NCBI GenBank assembly: GCA_963842945.1
Contig: CAWJIM010000003.1
Coordinates: 64,001-128,000, forward strand
DNA length: 64,000 nucleotides
From: an uncultured Gemmatimonadales bacterium
GTDB lineage: Bacteria; Gemmatimonadota; Gemmatimonadetes; Gemmatimonadales; GWC2-71-9
Direction: 5' to 3'
The notes under the pieces were generated by a model that saw only the letters and a program-made list of their open reading frames with translations, was not told where the DNA came from and did not search any database. Shown one piece after another: positions 60,532 to 64,000 of the stretch. How positions within the stretch are numbered: position 1 is the stretch's first letter; the number at the start of each line of letters is the position of its first letter. Both the position numbers and the translations under genes were made by a program.

Positions 60532-61455
60532 ATGCGAAAGCTTTTGCTTCAGCTCGACAGCTCCCGGCTGCCGAGCGTGTTCGATCAGGTGGTGGCCTAC
60601 GACGCCGGCGCGGACGTGGTATTGAGCTATGCCGGGGTCACTGAGGGCGACGTCCGGGATCTGATCCACGGCTGCATCTTCACCCGGGGCCCCAAGGACC
60701 TGCACAACACCGCGGTCTGGATCGGAGGCAACAACATGTCGGCGGGTGAGCAGCTCCTCGCCATGGCTCAAGATGCCCTGTTCGCGCCGTTCTCCGTCTC
60801 CATCATGCTCGACTCCAATGGCTCGAATACCACAGCCGTCGCGGCGGTGGTCAAGATCGAGGAGATGCTGGGCGACCTCAGCGGGAAAAACGTTCTGATT
60901 CTCGCCGGCACCGGACCGGTCGGCCAGCGCGCTGCCGGCCTGCTGGCAAAGGACGGGGCCAATGTGACCATCACCTCCCGCAAGCCGGAGCAGGGTGAGA
61001 AGGCGCGGCAATTCATCAGCGCTCGATTCAATGTCCATGTGGACGCGGTGACCCTCAACGATCCTGCGACCCTTCCGGATCTGCTGCGTGACGTAGACGT
61101 GCTCCTCAACTCTGGTCCCGCCGGCGTGCAGATGGTGCCCCGGGCAGCCTGGACTGGTGCGAAATCCCTGAAAATCGCGGTGGACCTGAACGCAGTCCCC
61201 CCGCTCGGGATCGAGGGAGTCGAGGTGAACGACGCGGGAGAGAAGCGGGGAAACGTGGTCGTGTTTGGGGCGTTCGGGATCGGCAACTTCAAGACCAAGC
61301 TGCACAAGGCCTGCGTCGCCCGGCTCTTTACCCGAAACGACCTGGTACTGGACGCCGAAGCCATCGCGGATATTGCCCGGGAACTGATTTCGGCTCGGGA
61401 GCCCGACAACCGCAGACAACCGGTCGCCAAAAAAGAGCTGGCCAAGAAGAAATAG
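60532..61455 (+). CDS. mtdC: NAD(P)-dependent methylene-H4MPT dehydrogenase (MtdC/MtdA-like)
   Basis: PSVFD, HGCIFTRGPKDLHNTA, LDSNGSNTTA (MtdA/C type, unlike MtdB DPAGSFTT), GTGPVG, DLNAVPPLGIEG. Confidence 0.8.
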   Translation: MRKLLLQLDSSRLPSVFDQVVAYDAGADVVLSYAGVTEGDVRDLIHGCIFTRGPKDLHNTAVWIGGNNMSAGEQLLAMAQDALFAPFSVSIMLDSNGSNTTAVAAVVKIEEMLGDLSGKNVLILAGTGPVGQRAAGLLAKDGANVTITSRKPEQGEKARQFISARFNVHVDAVTLNDPATLPDLLRDVDVLLNSGPAGVQMVPRAAWTGAKSLKIAVDLNAVPPLGIEGVEVNDAGEKRGNVVVFGAFGIGNFKTKLHKACVARLFTRNDLVLDAEAIADIARELISAREPDNRRQPVAKKELAKKK

Positions 61456-61459
61456 CGTC

Positions 61460-62515
61460 ATGACCCGCGTCGTAGGCTTCGACCCGGGCACGGTCAGCAT
61501 AGACATCTGCGGCCTGGCCGACGGACGGCTCTACTTGGATCAGAGCTGGCCCACCGAGGACGCACTGGCGCACCCGGAGAAGTTCCTCGATGTGCTCCGG
61601 GCATCGGGGCGTCCCGACCTGGTGGCCGGGCCTTCGGGGTATGGCCTGCCTTTGGTGCGATCGGCGCAGGCCACTGACGAAGACCTGCGTCTGGCCTTCC
61701 TCGCCCCGCCGGATGAGCCCGGAGGTATCAGCGGCCTGCGGCATCTGGCGCGACAGCTGGGAGCCTCAGGATTACCCGTGGTCTACCTGCCCGGGGTCAT
61801 CCACCTCGGCACTGTACCCGAGCACCGGAAAGTGAACCGGGTGGACCTGGGAACTGCAGACAAGCTGTGCGCCGCCGCGCTGGGGATCCACCAGGAGTCC
61901 GAGCGGATGGCCTGCTCGCCCGACGAGGTATCGTTCATTCTCCTGGAGCTGGGCGGAGGATTTACCGCCGGTGTCGCGGTTGAACAGGGTCAGATCGTGG
62001 ACGGTCTGGGAGGATCCAGCGGCCCGATCGGTTGGCGCTCTGCGGGCGCGCTCGATGGCGAAGTAGCCTTCCTCGCCGAACACATTTCCAAGGCAGCGCT
62101 GTTTCAAGGTGGGGTGACCTCGATGCTCGAGCGGGAGCCGGGGCGGCGGGCGATTGCCCTTGATGCCTACATCGAAGGCGCCGTGAAAGCCGTACGGCAG
62201 CTCTGCTGTTCCGCCCCGTCTGCCGGCGAGATTCTCCTGTCCGGACGCAAAGCGGCCGAGCCCCATATCGTCGAGCGGTTAAGCCGCGCCCTGGCGGATC
62301 TCGGCTCGGTTCGGCCGCTCCGTGGCTTTGCCGCAAAGGCGAAACAGGGAGCGCAGGGTGCCGCCCTCCTGGCGGACGGGTTGAGCGGTGGCACCCATGC
62401 CGGACTGGTCGACCGGCTGAGCCTGCGGGAAGCCCGAGGCACCGTGCTCGATCACCTGGTGTTCATCTCGCCCGAAGCGGCAAGACGGCGGCTGGGAATC
62501 GTCCGGGATGCCTGA
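61460..62515 (+). CDS. DUF1464 family protein (ASKHA-fold, predicted kinase-like)
   Basis: VVGFDPGT, AGPSGYG, PGVIHL.TVP.HRKVN..D.GTADK, IVDGLGG, LDGEVA. Confidence 0.8.
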   Translation: MTRVVGFDPGTVSIDICGLADGRLYLDQSWPTEDALAHPEKFLDVLRASGRPDLVAGPSGYGLPLVRSAQATDEDLRLAFLAPPDEPGGISGLRHLARQLGASGLPVVYLPGVIHLGTVPEHRKVNRVDLGTADKLCAAALGIHQESERMACSPDEVSFILLELGGGFTAGVAVEQGQIVDGLGGSSGPIGWRSAGALDGEVAFLAEHISKAALFQGGVTSMLEREPGRRAIALDAYIEGAVKAVRQLCCSAPSAGEILLSGRKAAEPHIVERLSRALADLGSVRPLRGFAAKAKQGAQGAALLADGLSGGTHAGLVDRLSLREARGTVLDHLVFISPEAARRRLGIVRDA

Positions 62516-63686
62516 GCACAGGCGCGCGCCACACGTGCTGGTTGCCGGGGTAACTACCCGCGCCCTCGCGCTGTCTGCGGTCCGCGCAGGCTACCGAGTC
62601 ACCGCCGTCGACGCCTTTGCGGATCTCGACCTGCAGGCAGCAGCGCAGCAGGTGCTCCTCGCCCGTTCGCGGACGCCCGGCGAACCCTACGGCCCGATGG
62701 AAGCGGCCAATGTCGGCTCTAATATTTCCGCCCAGCTTGCCGCGTATACCTCCAATTTTGAGAATTACCCCACCGCTGTCGCCCGGCTTGCCCAGGGACG
62801 GCAACTCCTGGGAAACCCACCCGAGACATTGCGTCGAGCCAGAAATCCTGTCGAGGTCACGCGAATCCTCCGGCAGAGCGGTGTGCCCTGTCCGGAGTCC
62901 CGGAGCGAACCACCCGACCGTCGCTCCTCGCTCGGACCATGGCTGCTTAAGCCGCGTCGGTCCGGTGGCGGCCATGGCGTCGAGCCCTGGCTGGAGGGGA
63001 CTCCTGTGCCGACGGGCATGTATCTCCAGCAGCGGATAACTGGGGCTCCTGGCTCGATCTCGTTTGCTGCCGATGGGACCAATACCAGAATCCTGGGCTT
63101 CTCCCGCCAATTGGTAGGGGACCCGCGATTTGGTGCCGGGCGGTTTCGGTACTGCGGAAGCATCCTGGGTACTCCACAGCTCCAATTGTTCACCCGACAG
63201 GCCGAACTACTGGAGCTGGCGACTCGAGCGGCCTCCCTCCTCGCAGGCAGCCTGGGTCTGATCGGTCTGAATGGCGTCGACTTCATCGCCCGGCAGGGCG
63301 TGCCCTACCCCATCGAGATAAACCCTCGCTACTCCGCCTCCATGGAGCTGATCGAGCGGGCCCACCAGCTCTCGATCTTTGGTATTCATGCCGTGGCCTG
63401 TAAGCGGGATTTGCGGGCGATACCCGCGCTGCCCCATAGCGCATTGGCTCACGGCAAGGCAATCGTGTTTGCTCGTCAGGACAGTCTGGTAGGCGACTCG
63501 CGCCGCTGGCTCGGGAGAAACTGGGTGGCAGACGTGCCCCGCCCTGGGGAACACATCCGCAAGGGACGCCCGATCTGCACTGTTTTTGCCGAGGGCCGGA
63601 CGCCTGAGGAGTGCCGTGGCCGTCTCGTACGCCGGGCCAGGATGATCTACCGGCAGATGAGATCATCCGGAAAGCAGGCCGCATGA
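62508..63686 (+). CDS. ATP-grasp carboligase (OrfY/Orf1-like, C1 cofactor biosynthesis)
   Basis: RALALSAVRAGY..TAVDAFADLD, LLGN, WLLKP..SGGG, NGVDF, IEINPR, PICTV. Confidence 0.8.
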   Translation: MPEHRRAPHVLVAGVTTRALALSAVRAGYRVTAVDAFADLDLQAAAQQVLLARSRTPGEPYGPMEAANVGSNISAQLAAYTSNFENYPTAVARLAQGRQLLGNPPETLRRARNPVEVTRILRQSGVPCPESRSEPPDRRSSLGPWLLKPRRSGGGHGVEPWLEGTPVPTGMYLQQRITGAPGSISFAADGTNTRILGFSRQLVGDPRFGAGRFRYCGSILGTPQLQLFTRQAELLELATRAASLLAGSLGLIGLNGVDFIARQGVPYPIEINPRYSASMELIERAHQLSIFGIHAVACKRDLRAIPALPHSALAHGKAIVFARQDSLVGDSRRWLGRNWVADVPRPGEHIRKGRPICTVFAEGRTPEECRGRLVRRARMIYRQMRSSGKQAA

Positions 63687-64000
63687 CCTCGGACCGTCGA
63701 ATCGAGCACGTCACCTGTCTCGGCTGTGGCTGCGGCTGTGATGACCTGACCGTCGTGGTCTCGAACGACCGTATCACCGAGATAACCCCGGCCTGTCCCC
63801 TGGGAAAAGCCTGGTTCGGAGATGGCCGGGTTCCCGATCAAGTGATGAGCGATGGAAAACCGGTCGCCCTGGACCTGGCGATCGGGCGATTGGCCGAAGC
63901 TCTGGTAGCAGCGCGAGGTCGTTGCCTGGTGTACCTGGGCACGGATCTGACAACCCAGGCCCAGCGCGCTGCCCTCTCCGTTGCCGATCTAGTCGGCGGG
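63683..64000 (+). CDS. fhcB: Formylmethanofuran dehydrogenase / formyltransferase-hydrolase subunit B, truncated by the window end
   Basis: Manual translation MTSDRRIEHVTCLGCGCGCDDLTVVVSNDRITEITPACPLGKAWF; ATGA overlap; operon context. Confidence 0.8.
   Translation, partial: MTSDRRIEHVTCLGCGCGCDDLTVVVSNDRITEITPACPLGKAWFGDGRVPDQVMSDGKPVALDLAIGRLAEALVAARGRCLVYLGTDLTTQAQRAALSVADLVGG

Overview
GC-rich bacterial chromosomal segment of about 60 genes. Gene content and repeat style suggest Gemmatimonadota; this is an inference, as no marker gene is present. Many genes are split or falsely fused by single-base indels, most likely long-read consensus errors, so the coordinates below are manually reconstructed and approximate at the breaks. 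Housekeeping blocks are a caa3-type cytochrome c oxidase operon, tesA-ybbA-ybbP, fabI, ispH, greA/groES-like, an M16 peptidase, osmC and a PAS/GAF histidine kinase with a response regulator. The most interesting content is: (1) the start of an archaeal-type H4MPT/methanofuran C1 operon (fae, mtdC-like, DUF1464, ATP-grasp, fwdB/fhcB-like) behind a clean sigma70 promoter and a long structured leader; (2) a mutagenesis cluster with no recognisable ImuA (radical SAM, inactive Y-family polymerase, Tag, DnaE2) with a candidate SOS operator; (3) an HrpB-like DEAH helicase whose motif Ia appears to precede motif I; (4) an N-acetylornithine carbamoyltransferase homologue with degenerate catalytic motifs; (5) several families of tandem-unit palindromic repeats, some inside coding sequences and matching the G-quadruplex pattern. 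No rRNA, tRNA, CRISPR array or transposase was recognised.
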